64,000 bases of DNA from a virus. This document shows, one piece after another, positions 55,139 through 64,000 of this stretch (the first letter of the stretch is position 1; each line of letters begins with the position of its first letter). Position numbers and translations under genes: made by a program. The notes below the pieces were generated by a model. The model was not told where the DNA came from. It saw nothing but the letters and a program-made list of their open reading frames with translations, and searched no databases. The stretch covers positions 25,972 through 89,971 of IMG/VR virus record IMGVR_UViG_3300020183_000033. One strand, written 5' to 3'.

Positions 55139-56719
55139 ATGCCCAATATACTAACTTCCGAGTTAAGACACAAAAACATCGATAACTTCTTGAATACTAT
55201 TACCGACGAATCGGTATATTTCGCTTTCTCTAACCCAGATCCCTGGACAAACGAAAATGTACCAAATATTCCTAAGGACTCCCACAACCTAACCTCGGAC
55301 GTCTTTACAGACATGCTGTATGCCAAAAAGGTTACGGCAACAAACGTTTCTAGAGTTATTAAAAATTACGGTTGGGTTTCTGGTTCTAGATATCAACAGT
55401 ATTCTTCTACGGATGATATCAATGATCTTACAAGAATTAAGAGTTTTGTAAAAGCTATAGCAACTGCAACAGTTGCTGGTGGTGTTGTTACGGCAATTAC
55501 CATTACTAATCCAGGAGCAGAATACACTTCTGCTCCAGCGGTTACAATTAGCGCTCCTGCATCTGGAACAACAGCTTCAGCTACAGCAAACATTGTTTCG
55601 GGTTCTGTTGTTTCAATTACTATAAACAGCGGTGGTACTGGGTATGCTTCTGTTCCAACTGTAACAATTGATGCTCCTTCTGCTATTTCCAATAACAACT
55701 TTTCTCTTAGACCTTTTTATGTAATCACAGACGAATATAACGTTTATAAATGTCTTGGAAACAATTCAGGAGCTGCTTCTACTATAAAGCCAACTTCTAC
55801 ATCAACAGCAGCTGGTGTATCAGAAACAACTGCTGATTCTTATCAATGGAAGTATATGTTCACACTTTCTTCCAATGATATTGAACGCTTCTATACTTCT
55901 TCCTGGATTCCTGTAAAAACTCTTAACTCAAACGATGGTTCTTCTCAGTCAACTGTTCAAACAAACGCTGAAGCTGGTTCTGAGCCAAAGCACGGTGCTG
56001 ATCCTGTAAAAGAATTAAACGCAACTAATGTAATGATAAAGGTAAGAGTTAGTGGTAATGAAGGTTCTGCAATTGTAGATACAAACGAATACCGTCAGAT
56101 TTCAGTTGTTCTAGATCCTATCTTTAGTAGCTCTTATTATACAGTAGGTGCTACAGGTCTAAATGTTTCTAATCAGATGGGTCTAAATGCTTCTCATTCC
56201 TATGCTGATTCAACAAAGACTTATTATCCAAGCGTAGGTAAGAAGATTATTATTTTAAGCGGTCCCGGAAAAGGCCAAATCAGAGAAATTTCTTCTTTGC
56301 AACTTCCTGTAGTTACACTTACAACTCCCTGGAATGTACAACCAACCACTACATCTTATTACGGTATTATTGCTAACTCTTCTGTTATTAACCAAACAGT
56401 AATTCTTGATCTCGGAGCAGTTACCAACGGACCTTTTGTGCCTGATTCTACAGTTACACAGGCAACTTCAGGCGCGACAGGTAAGGTCGTGAAATACGAC
56501 TCAACTTCTGCGCCTAAGCAGATTTATCTAACTTCTGTTTCTGGGACTTTTAACGGTGCCAATAATATTTCTTCTGGAGCAGTTTCTTCAACTGTAACAG
56601 CCGTGACTCAACCAACTGCGGTAAAAAACCTTGGAAGAGTTTTGTATATTGAAAATAGAAAAGCTATTACCAGAAACCCTGACCAAATCGAAGACATTAA
56701 AGTTATCATCCAATACTAA
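55139..56719 (+). CDS. gp8: Baseplate wedge gp8
   Basis: W.SG..Y, FYV.T....VYKCL.N, Y.WKY.F, YRQI....DP, LY.ENR..I.R..DQ.ED.K.I. Confidence 0.88.
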   Translation: MPNILTSELRHKNIDNFLNTITDESVYFAFSNPDPWTNENVPNIPKDSHNLTSDVFTDMLYAKKVTATNVSRVIKNYGWVSGSRYQQYSSTDDINDLTRIKSFVKAIATATVAGGVVTAITITNPGAEYTSAPAVTISAPASGTTASATANIVSGSVVSITINSGGTGYASVPTVTIDAPSAISNNNFSLRPFYVITDEYNVYKCLGNNSGAASTIKPTSTSTAAGVSETTADSYQWKYMFTLSSNDIERFYTSSWIPVKTLNSNDGSSQSTVQTNAEAGSEPKHGADPVKELNATNVMIKVRVSGNEGSAIVDTNEYRQISVVLDPIFSSSYYTVGATGLNVSNQMGLNASHSYADSTKTYYPSVGKKIIILSGPGKGQIREISSLQLPVVTLTTPWNVQPTTTSYYGIIANSSVINQTVILDLGAVTNGPFVPDSTVTQATSGATGKVVKYDSTSAPKQIYLTSVSGTFNGANNISSGAVSSTVTAVTQPTAVKNLGRVLYIENRKAITRNPDQIEDIKVIIQY

Positions 56720-56744
56720 ATAGGAACAGAGGCATAAGCGCAAA

Positions 56745-59700
56745 ATGAGCGTTATTACAGAACTAAATTCTGCACCATATTTCGACGATTACTCTCCTGA
56801 GAAATTAAATTCTGCGGGAATCCCAGAAGTTGATAAAGATTTTTTAAGAATTTTATTCCGTCCTGGATATGCAGTTCAAACTAGGGAACTTAACCAGTTA
56901 CAATCGATTTTACAAATGCAGGTGGAAAGATTTGGTAAACACATCTTTAAAGAAGGTTCAATTGTTATTGGTGGCCTTACAACTATTGACACCCAGACTG
57001 CAAAGTATCTTACGATAGAGACAAATTATAACTCATACGAAGTACTAGTAGCTTCCGCCAAAAACAAAGTTATCACAGGCACGGTTTCTCATGATGGCGT
57101 ATATGCCAAGGGATTAGTAACTGTAGTTGCAGATGCAGACAACACAGAACCAAAAACTCTTATCTATAAGCCTCTAAACGGTTATCCATTTGAAACTGGA
57201 GAAACAATTTCAGTAGAAGGTCTTGGTAATTATGCGACTATCAGATCAGCCACTTTTACTGGAAACGATTCCGCAACTCACAACGCCATCGGTGATTCTT
57301 CAACTGTTTCTATTGACGAAGGTATTTTCTTTTCCAAGGGAACTTTCGTAATCAATGCAAAACAAACTGTCCACCTTGACAAGTATTCAAAGACTCCAGA
57401 TAAACTTGCTGGTTTGCTTTCTTCTGTTTCTATTATTGACGAAACCGTGGACGAAACTCTACTCGACAATGCTAGCGGTTCTTACAACTACGCTGCTCCT
57501 GGGGCACATCGTCTAAAGATTAATTTAACTCTTACCTCTAAAGATACAAATTATAACGAAGATGTCAACAAGTTTATTCAGCTTTTAGAAGTTCGCGACG
57601 GTAAACTCTACAAGCAAATCTCCAGACCAACCTACAACATGCTTGCAAAGCTTTTGGCTCGTAGAACTTTTGACGAATCAGGCGACTATACAGTAACACC
57701 ATTTCTCCTGAATATTGAATCCTATAAAGGTGCAACAGGTTCTGTTCTTGGTCGATTGTCTGTAGGCAAGGCTTATGTCAAAGGTTTTGAAGTAGAAACA
57801 ATTGCTACTCAGGATATTGACATCCCAAAGGCTAGAACAACCGAAAATTATATAGGCGCGGATGCTCCAATTAACTACGGCAATTTTGTTACAGTAAGAT
57901 CTGTTTCTTCTTTGCCAAATATTAATTTATTTGAAAGACTATATCTTTATGATCAAGACGGGGCCACAGGACCGATCGGTTTTGCAAGAGTTCGCGACAT
58001 TCAATTTAACGGAGCTTTTGGTCCAAACTATAAACTAAGCCTTTTTGACACAACAATTACTTCTCCTTCCAAAACCTTTGGAAACGTTCTTTACATGGCA
58101 ACTGGTGCCACTGGACTAAATTACACAGGTTCTGAAAAGAAATTTCAATTGTTTGGTAATACTGGCGCAACAGGAATGGGTCTTCAAAATCCTGAAGTTA
58201 CTACTCTTGTTTTTAATACTGGTTATACTGCTGTTAAGGAGCTAACAAACATTCAGCTTACTTACAGAAAAAATTATAACTCAGTAACAGTTGCTGGAAA
58301 TATAGCAACAATTCAGTCAGGTTCTTCAAGAGAAAGATTTCAGGGTGGAGCTGGTGCAACAGTTACAGCTTCTGAAGCTTTACAATACGGTTACATTATT
58401 ACCAACGCCACCACTGGTGCTCAGTTAACAAATTTTACAATTACATTAAACAGCCCTGGATCAGGTTCTCAACAAACTGCTACAATTACCTTTTCTGCTT
58501 CTCAATCTAATCCAGTAAACATTATTGCAGTTATTAACAACAATGATGCAAGTCCAAATACAAAGACTGAAAAGAATAATGAATTTACCGAAGGTTATAT
58601 TCAGGCTAATGCAAATTCCACCAGCACAGTTACGGTTCCTTCTTATGTAACAAGTGCCCGTGTAAATACAACTCCAGGCAATCCGCTCTTTAAAATTGTA
58701 AGCGGCCCGAATGCTTCGGAAACAACTTACGCGATCTCGAGTTTCGCTGGAAATACGATTACTCTTACTACCCCGATTCCAGCAGTAACAACTGGTGATT
58801 ACTTTAAAATTTCCCCGTACTTTGCTGCTGCAACTTCATATACTTCTTCGGCAAGAGGTATTGTATATGTTAAGCCAACAACATTAGGATCATCTATCAG
58901 CACAACAACAACAAAATCTGTAACTCTTGCTGCTGGTACAATTACTAATGCTTCTGTTATTAAAGTTGATAATGAACAAATGTTTGTTGTCTCAGGCGGT
59001 GGCACGACTTCTGTCACCGTTATTAGAGGTTATAACGGAACAACTGCTGCAACCCATTCAAGTGGTGCAGTAGTTTATCTACAGGAAATCGGACTAAACG
59101 TTCCAGACGTAACTCGTGTAAATAAAGTCCTTGCCAGCACAACCGATCCTGTAATGAATGATTGGTTTAATAACTCAAAGAACGCTGCTAAGGACTGGAT
59201 TCTAGACAACGGCCAGCGCCATAATTACTACGACATCGCTTCGTTAAAATTGATTTCAGGAAAAACACCAACAACAGACGCTTTTGTTGTATTCTTTGAT
59301 TATCTGGCTCATGGTGTAAATGATGGATTTTTCTGTGCTAATTCTTATCAGAATAAAGATATTCCATATTTTTACAATGATTCTGCTAACAAGCAAATTA
59401 ACCTCATAAATTCAATAGATTGTCGTCCAACAAAAACAAATCCAACCACTTTTACTTCTACAACTTTAGTTTCAGCAAATACAAATTTTGGCTTTAATTC
59501 TGAATATTATCTGCCTAGAATTGATAAGATTGCAGTATCTGTAGACGGTGCATTTATAGACATCCAAGGAATTCCTTCAGTAACACCAAAGGCACCAAAA
59601 GATATTAACGATGGAATGACCCTTTATCATCTCTACATCCCAGCTTATACCTACACTCCAAGTTCGATCAGAACTAAGTTTATAGAAAATAAGCGTTATA

Positions 59701-62700
59701 CAATGCGTGATATCGGTAAGATTGAAAAAAGAATCGAGAACATTGAATATTATACTGCTCTAAGTTCTCTAGAACAGAGCACCTCTCTATTCGACATAAA
59801 GGATTCAGCAGGGTTTGATAGATTTAAGAACGGTTTTATTGTAGACTCGTTTATAGGCCATAACGTAGGAGATCCTACTAACCCTGATTACCACTGCTCG
59901 ATTGATATCGAAAATCAAGAATTAAGACCCGAGTTCCGTCAAAAGGTTTATTCTCTTTATTTAAAAACTGCAGATTCTTCAAACTACCAAGAACGTGGCG
60001 GACTAATTACGAAAAACTTTACAGACGTAATCTTTATCAATCAGCCATTGGCTTCGCGTTCTGTAAACGTTAATCCGTTCTCAGTGTTTGCCTGGTGGGG
60101 TAATCTGGAACTTACACCAAACAACGACTTCTGGAAAGATACTCGTGCAGTTCCTGCAGATGTAAATAATCCTGATGGCTTGTTAGATAACGTTACTGTT
60201 GGTGGTGTTCCATTCGGCACTATGTTTAACCAATGGAACAACATGTGGTTCGGAACCGACGACGTGGTAACTGGTTTTGAGACGCAAGAGATTCCGTCAC
60301 AAGAAGTACCAGGAGGCTGGGTAGACATAGCTATAACAGACACAACTGGTAGTTCTAGCGTAGGAATCACCATGTCTGGTCGCCCGGGAGATCCGCCTAT
60401 AATTATAGCGATTGATCCGAACGGGACTACTCAGACTGTTCAACGACAACAGTTGCCACCTACCATTATTCCAGCGCGCACGGTAGAAGTCCCAATCATA
60501 GAACAGGTCAGAGTACCTATTCCTCCTCCGATTAACTTAACAACTGTTTCCTCTGGTGAAATAATCAGAGACGTTAACATGTCTGAATTTATCAGACCAA
60601 GAAGAATATCGTTTTCTGCAACTGGTATGAAGCCAGACACTCTAGTCTATCCATTTTTTGATGGTAAACTAGTTTCTGTTTTCGTGACGCCTTCTGGTGG
60701 AACGATTGGTGGAACGCTCAGAACAAATTCAGTAGGTTCAATTTCTGGGACATTTAATATTCCATTCGGTCAGTTCTTCGTAGGCGATCGCATATTTTTG
60801 CTGTCGGACGCTAAGAACGCAAACGATACACCTAACCGTTCACTGGAAACAACTTCTGCTGAATCTAGATATAAAGCAGAGGGGTTGGAATTAACTACTA
60901 CAACTCTAAACATTCCAGTTGCTCTGCCTGATCCTAACTCGCCATTTTGGGGGCAACAAGGGTTGTCCTTAGGACAACCCAATCCTGGCGCCCCGGGGCA
61001 AAATTTCGTTAATGTCGCGCCTGCTGCACGCGTAGTCGACCCATTGGCCGAAACCTTTTTCGTAGATCCAGTTATCTATCCTGAAGGTTTATTTATTTCC
61101 AAGGTTGATCTTTTCTTTAAAACAAAGGATTCAAACATTCCTCTTATTGTTCAAATTAGAGAAACTGTAAACGGTTATCCTTCGTCTACAGCAGTTCTTT
61201 CTTCTACTACAGTTCCTGCTGCAAACGTTAACACTTCCGAAAATGCAACAACACCAACAACCGTAACATTTCCGCACGTGGTTTTTTTAAGACCTGGTGA
61301 ATATGCGATCGTCCTAATCGCTAACTCAAACAACTATGAAGCTTGGGTTGCTCAGATCGGCGAGCAGCAGGTTGAAACAACAAAGATTATCTCTGAACAA
61401 CCTTATGTTGGTTCACTGTTTAAATCTCAGAACGCAAGCACCTGGACTGCAGAACAAACCCAGGATTTAATGTTTAAGTTGTATCGTTGCAGCTTTGTTA
61501 CAGGTACAATGACAACAGTATTTACCGATTGGGACGCAACTGCTGGCGACAATGTTATCACAATTCCAACCGACAAGAATAAACCTACAAATGGTTCTAC
61601 TGGATTTGACCCAGGCGGGTCAGGAGTTGTAGACGCAACCAACAGAACTATCAATATTAATTTTCATCCATATAAAAATGGTTCAAAAGTAACTTACACT
61701 GGTTCAACTGGTTTCTTAGGTGTTCCATATGGTGATTATTATGTCCATAGAATGAACTCTGATACGATCAAACTCTACTATAACGAGGCTGATTCTTTAA
61801 TCGGCGGTGCTACAGGATTGGTTCCTATCGTACCAGAATCAACTCCAGGAAAGAGTAACGTATTTAGTAATGGCGCGCGTGTTCTGTATCTAAACAATGT
61901 GTTCTTGAACTATATTGTCCCGGATTCAAGTGTATCACTCCCGACTTATATTAACAACGGTTCAACATTAGAAGATTCAAACATCTTTGAAGATACTGCA
62001 GTTCTTTCTCAGGATGTTATTAAGACAATCCCTGGAGCAACTGGAATTACCTTTAACAGAAAGTTAGAAGGTGTGGGTTTGGCCGATGTATTTATGGTTC
62101 CTGCTGGTTACTTTAATCCATTTTCAAGTGCTACCGTTACGTTGTACGCAAAGGGTGCAACTGGTGCGCTTGATCCAACCTACTCAACAATTGTTCCCAA
62201 CAAGAACATTGAATACAACTACCAACACAACATCAGCGCTTCTGCTGAATCGTTCTTAACAAAGATTGAGGCAAAGGTTACTAACGAAAATGTGTCGCCT
62301 GTAATTAATGCCAGCAGACAATCAGTTTGTCAGATTGAAAACATTATCAACTATGACGATACTGGTGAAACTGGAGTTTCAGGTGGAAACGCTCGGTCTA
62401 AGTATATCACAAGAAACGTAAGACTTCTAAATGATTCTACTTATGCCAAGGTATTTTTAACCGTCAACAGGCCTTCTGGATCTAATATAAGAGTTTATTA
62501 CAAGATTAAATCTTCTTCGGATTCAGAATCGATTGAGCAAAAGTCCTGGATCTCAATGGTACAGAATACTCCTGATTCCAGCAACTTCTCGCCAAGTTCA
62601 ACTGAATTTATAGAATACACCTTTTTACCAAGTACTGATGCTGAATATACAAAAACTACCTTTGCAGGAACAAAGATGATCTACAAGGCAGGCGAGGCTA

Positions 62701-62804
62701 CTTATGAAGATTTCGTGGAGATCAAGTTTAAAATCGTCATGACTTCTGATAATACTTGTCATGTTCCAAGGATTGCTGATTTTAGAGCAATTGTATTAGA
62801 GTAA
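56745..62804 (+). CDS. Large virion structural protein (DUF4815/VrlC-like)
   Basis: PYFDD, LFRPG..VQ.REL.QLQ..LQ.Q, LARRTFDESGDY, RYTMRDIG..E.RI..EYY, RFKNGF.VD.F, DPLA.TF, GSLFKSQN.STW. Confidence 0.85.
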   Translation: MSVITELNSAPYFDDYSPEKLNSAGIPEVDKDFLRILFRPGYAVQTRELNQLQSILQMQVERFGKHIFKEGSIVIGGLTTIDTQTAKYLTIETNYNSYEVLVASAKNKVITGTVSHDGVYAKGLVTVVADADNTEPKTLIYKPLNGYPFETGETISVEGLGNYATIRSATFTGNDSATHNAIGDSSTVSIDEGIFFSKGTFVINAKQTVHLDKYSKTPDKLAGLLSSVSIIDETVDETLLDNASGSYNYAAPGAHRLKINLTLTSKDTNYNEDVNKFIQLLEVRDGKLYKQISRPTYNMLAKLLARRTFDESGDYTVTPFLLNIESYKGATGSVLGRLSVGKAYVKGFEVETIATQDIDIPKARTTENYIGADAPINYGNFVTVRSVSSLPNINLFERLYLYDQDGATGPIGFARVRDIQFNGAFGPNYKLSLFDTTITSPSKTFGNVLYMATGATGLNYTGSEKKFQLFGNTGATGMGLQNPEVTTLVFNTGYTAVKELTNIQLTYRKNYNSVTVAGNIATIQSGSSRERFQGGAGATVTASEALQYGYIITNATTGAQLTNFTITLNSPGSGSQQTATITFSASQSNPVNIIAVINNNDASPNTKTEKNNEFTEGYIQANANSTSTVTVPSYVTSARVNTTPGNPLFKIVSGPNASETTYAISSFAGNTITLTTPIPAVTTGDYFKISPYFAAATSYTSSARGIVYVKPTTLGSSISTTTTKSVTLAAGTITNASVIKVDNEQMFVVSGGGTTSVTVIRGYNGTTAATHSSGAVVYLQEIGLNVPDVTRVNKVLASTTDPVMNDWFNNSKNAAKDWILDNGQRHNYYDIASLKLISGKTPTTDAFVVFFDYLAHGVNDGFFCANSYQNKDIPYFYNDSANKQINLINSIDCRPTKTNPTTFTSTTLVSANTNFGFNSEYYLPRIDKIAVSVDGAFIDIQGIPSVTPKAPKDINDGMTLYHLYIPAYTYTPSSIRTKFIENKRYTMRDIGKIEKRIENIEYYTALSSLEQSTSLFDIKDSAGFDRFKNGFIVDSFIGHNVGDPTNPDYHCSIDIENQELRPEFRQKVYSLYLKTADSSNYQERGGLITKNFTDVIFINQPLASRSVNVNPFSVFAWWGNLELTPNNDFWKDTRAVPADVNNPDGLLDNVTVGGVPFGTMFNQWNNMWFGTDDVVTGFETQEIPSQEVPGGWVDIAITDTTGSSSVGITMSGRPGDPPIIIAIDPNGTTQTVQRQQLPPTIIPARTVEVPIIEQVRVPIPPPINLTTVSSGEIIRDVNMSEFIRPRRISFSATGMKPDTLVYPFFDGKLVSVFVTPSGGTIGGTLRTNSVGSISGTFNIPFGQFFVGDRIFLLSDAKNANDTPNRSLETTSAESRYKAEGLELTTTTLNIPVALPDPNSPFWGQQGLSLGQPNPGAPGQNFVNVAPAARVVDPLAETFFVDPVIYPEGLFISKVDLFFKTKDSNIPLIVQIRETVNGYPSSTAVLSSTTVPAANVNTSENATTPTTVTFPHVVFLRPGEYAIVLIANSNNYEAWVAQIGEQQVETTKIISEQPYVGSLFKSQNASTWTAEQTQDLMFKLYRCSFVTGTMTTVFTDWDATAGDNVITIPTDKNKPTNGSTGFDPGGSGVVDATNRTININFHPYKNGSKVTYTGSTGFLGVPYGDYYVHRMNSDTIKLYYNEADSLIGGATGLVPIVPESTPGKSNVFSNGARVLYLNNVFLNYIVPDSSVSLPTYINNGSTLEDSNIFEDTAVLSQDVIKTIPGATGITFNRKLEGVGLADVFMVPAGYFNPFSSATVTLYAKGATGALDPTYSTIVPNKNIEYNYQHNISASAESFLTKIEAKVTNENVSPVINASRQSVCQIENIINYDDTGETGVSGGNARSKYITRNVRLLNDSTYAKVFLTVNRPSGSNIRVYYKIKSSSDSESIEQKSWISMVQNTPDSSNFSPSSTEFIEYTFLPSTDAEYTKTTFAGTKMIYKAGEATYEDFVEIKFKIVMTSDNTCHVPRIADFRAIVLE

Positions 62805-62808
62805 CTAT

Positions 62809-63051
62809 ATGCGAATAATTAAAACAGAAAACCCTAAAACCGTTCGCGATATAAATTCTAAAGCGATACTCGTAACCGACAATTCAGCTCGGGAAGAGTA
62901 TCGCCGCAGGGTTCAAGAAAAACAAATGATTCAGTCGCAAATAAATACTCTTAAGGATAACGTCGACCAATTAAAGACCGACTTAAGCAAAGAGATCTCT
63001 GACCTTAAAGATATTATTTTAAGTGCCATCTCGCAAAAAGGAAATATTTAA
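62809..63051 (+). CDS. Small coiled-coil hypothetical protein
   Basis: RD..S.AI...D...Y.........I..LK........I..LK..L pattern commonly following the large structural gene. Confidence 0.65.
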   Translation: MRIIKTENPKTVRDINSKAILVTDNSAREEYRRRVQEKQMIQSQINTLKDNVDQLKTDLSKEISDLKDIILSAISQKGNI

Positions 63052-63056
63052 TCTAA

Positions 63057-64000
63057 ATGCCATCAACAATCAGTAGATTAAAAAACACGGATTCACTGGG
63101 TCAGTGGGCGGATAAAATCAATGCACTGATTGGTTCATTAGAAAGCTTTTTAGCAACTGGTGGTACGTTCACGTCATCGGCTTCTGTTACTTCTTCTGAT
63201 TTACTTGTTTATGATGCAGGATGGAAGAACAAAACTCTTATCGGTGAAATCGTAATCGACACGACATTTTCCAGCGCTTCTCAGTTTAAGTATAAAATTG
63301 AACCAACTGCAATAAGCAATAGAACAGCCATTACATCTGTTGAAGCGAACGCGGATTATCTTTTGATTTGGGACGCAACAGATTCTGCTCTTAAAAAGGT
63401 TAATCCTCAATATATTGCAAGCCCAGGTGGTTCTGCTGGTCAAGTCCAGTTTAATCAAGGCGGCACAACCTTTATGGGTGCCACTGGGTTTACATTTAAC
63501 GGGACTCGCCTTTCGGTTCCAACTCTATCGGTTAATACGAACACAATCTATGTAGACGAAGTAAACGGAAGAGTTGGTATTGGTAACTCTACACCAGCTT
63601 ATACTCTAGACGTTACAGGAAATACGAATACTAGCGTTGCGTATCTGATTGGTGGAACTTCAGTCCTTTCTGCAACTACGTTAGGTTCTGGTGTTGTTAA
63701 TTCTTCCTTGACATCGCTTGGAACTATTACAACGCTAAACGCTGGAACAGGAACTTTCTCAGGATCAATTTCTGGTCTTTCCTTGACCGTATCAAATGCT
63801 GTTTCTACAGCAACCCTTTCTACTTCAGGTAATGTAGGAGTCGGAGGAACTTTTGGTGCCACTGGAGCTGTTACGTTTGGTTCAACGCTAGCAGTAACTG
63901 GTAACACAACTGTTGGTGGAACTTTTGGTGCCACTGGAGCAGCCACTTTTTCTTCTTCTGTTGCTGTAACTGGTGTTTTAACTGGTAGAAGAAATATTAT
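63057..64000 (+). CDS. Tail-fibre-like structural protein (truncated by window end)
   Basis: MPSTISRLKNTDSLGQWADKIN..., GGSAGQVQFN, RVGIG...P...LDV.G, G/T-rich repeats; open to 64000 and absent from the ORF track. Confidence 0.75.
   Translation, partial: MPSTISRLKNTDSLGQWADKINALIGSLESFLATGGTFTSSASVTSSDLLVYDAGWKNKTLIGEIVIDTTFSSASQFKYKIEPTAISNRTAITSVEANADYLLIWDATDSALKKVNPQYIASPGGSAGQVQFNQGGTTFMGATGFTFNGTRLSVPTLSVNTNTIYVDEVNGRVGIGNSTPAYTLDVTGNTNTSVAYLIGGTSVLSATTLGSGVVNSSLTSLGTITTLNAGTGTFSGSISGLSLTVSNAVSTATLSTSGNVGVGGTFGATGAVTFGSTLAVTGNTTVGGTFGATGAATFSSSVAVTGVLTGRRNI

Noticed and set aside
55120-63946. Minus-strand ORFs within the structural block (e.g. 55120-55326, 55393-55698, 60041-60373, 63201-63458, 63599-63946)
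   Set aside because: Antisense shadows of long plus-strand structural genes, including the untracked ORF starting at 63057

Overview
This window is a 64-kb segment of a large AT-rich T4-like myovirus genome (distant Tevenvirinae/Kyanoviridae-like organisation). It holds late-transcription and recombination genes (gp55, gp47, gp46, uvsY, uvsW, gp33, gp59, gp32), replication genes (gp43, uvsX, gp41) and a tail/baseplate block (tape-measure-like, gp26/51, gp54, gp4, gp48, gp53, gp27-like, gp5, gp25, gp6, gp7, gp8, a 2019-aa virion protein), separated by accessory regions. The most striking finding is missed by the ORF track: a circularly permuted, two-piece tmRNA gene (minus strand, about 5779-6040, tag ANNNVAYAYAA*). 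It has its own T4 late promoter and lies directly upstream of a single-AAA-module Clp ATPase carrying a ClpP-docking IGF loop, with an RNA-repair cluster (Rnl1, Pnk) nearby, suggesting a phage-encoded ribosome-rescue and tag-degradation module. Other notable items are: uvsX fractured by a natural split intein around a frameshifted HNH endonuclease; a TET/JBP dioxygenase plus glycosyltransferase DNA-hypermodification pair; six copies of a palindromic sigma70 promoter cassette near a serine recombinase; a probable -1 frameshift joining gp26 to gp51; a recurrent GATG peptide motif across unrelated virion proteins; an internally deleted dUTPase relic; and many apparently leaderless genes. All calls come from reading motifs and synteny by eye; no database searches were run.
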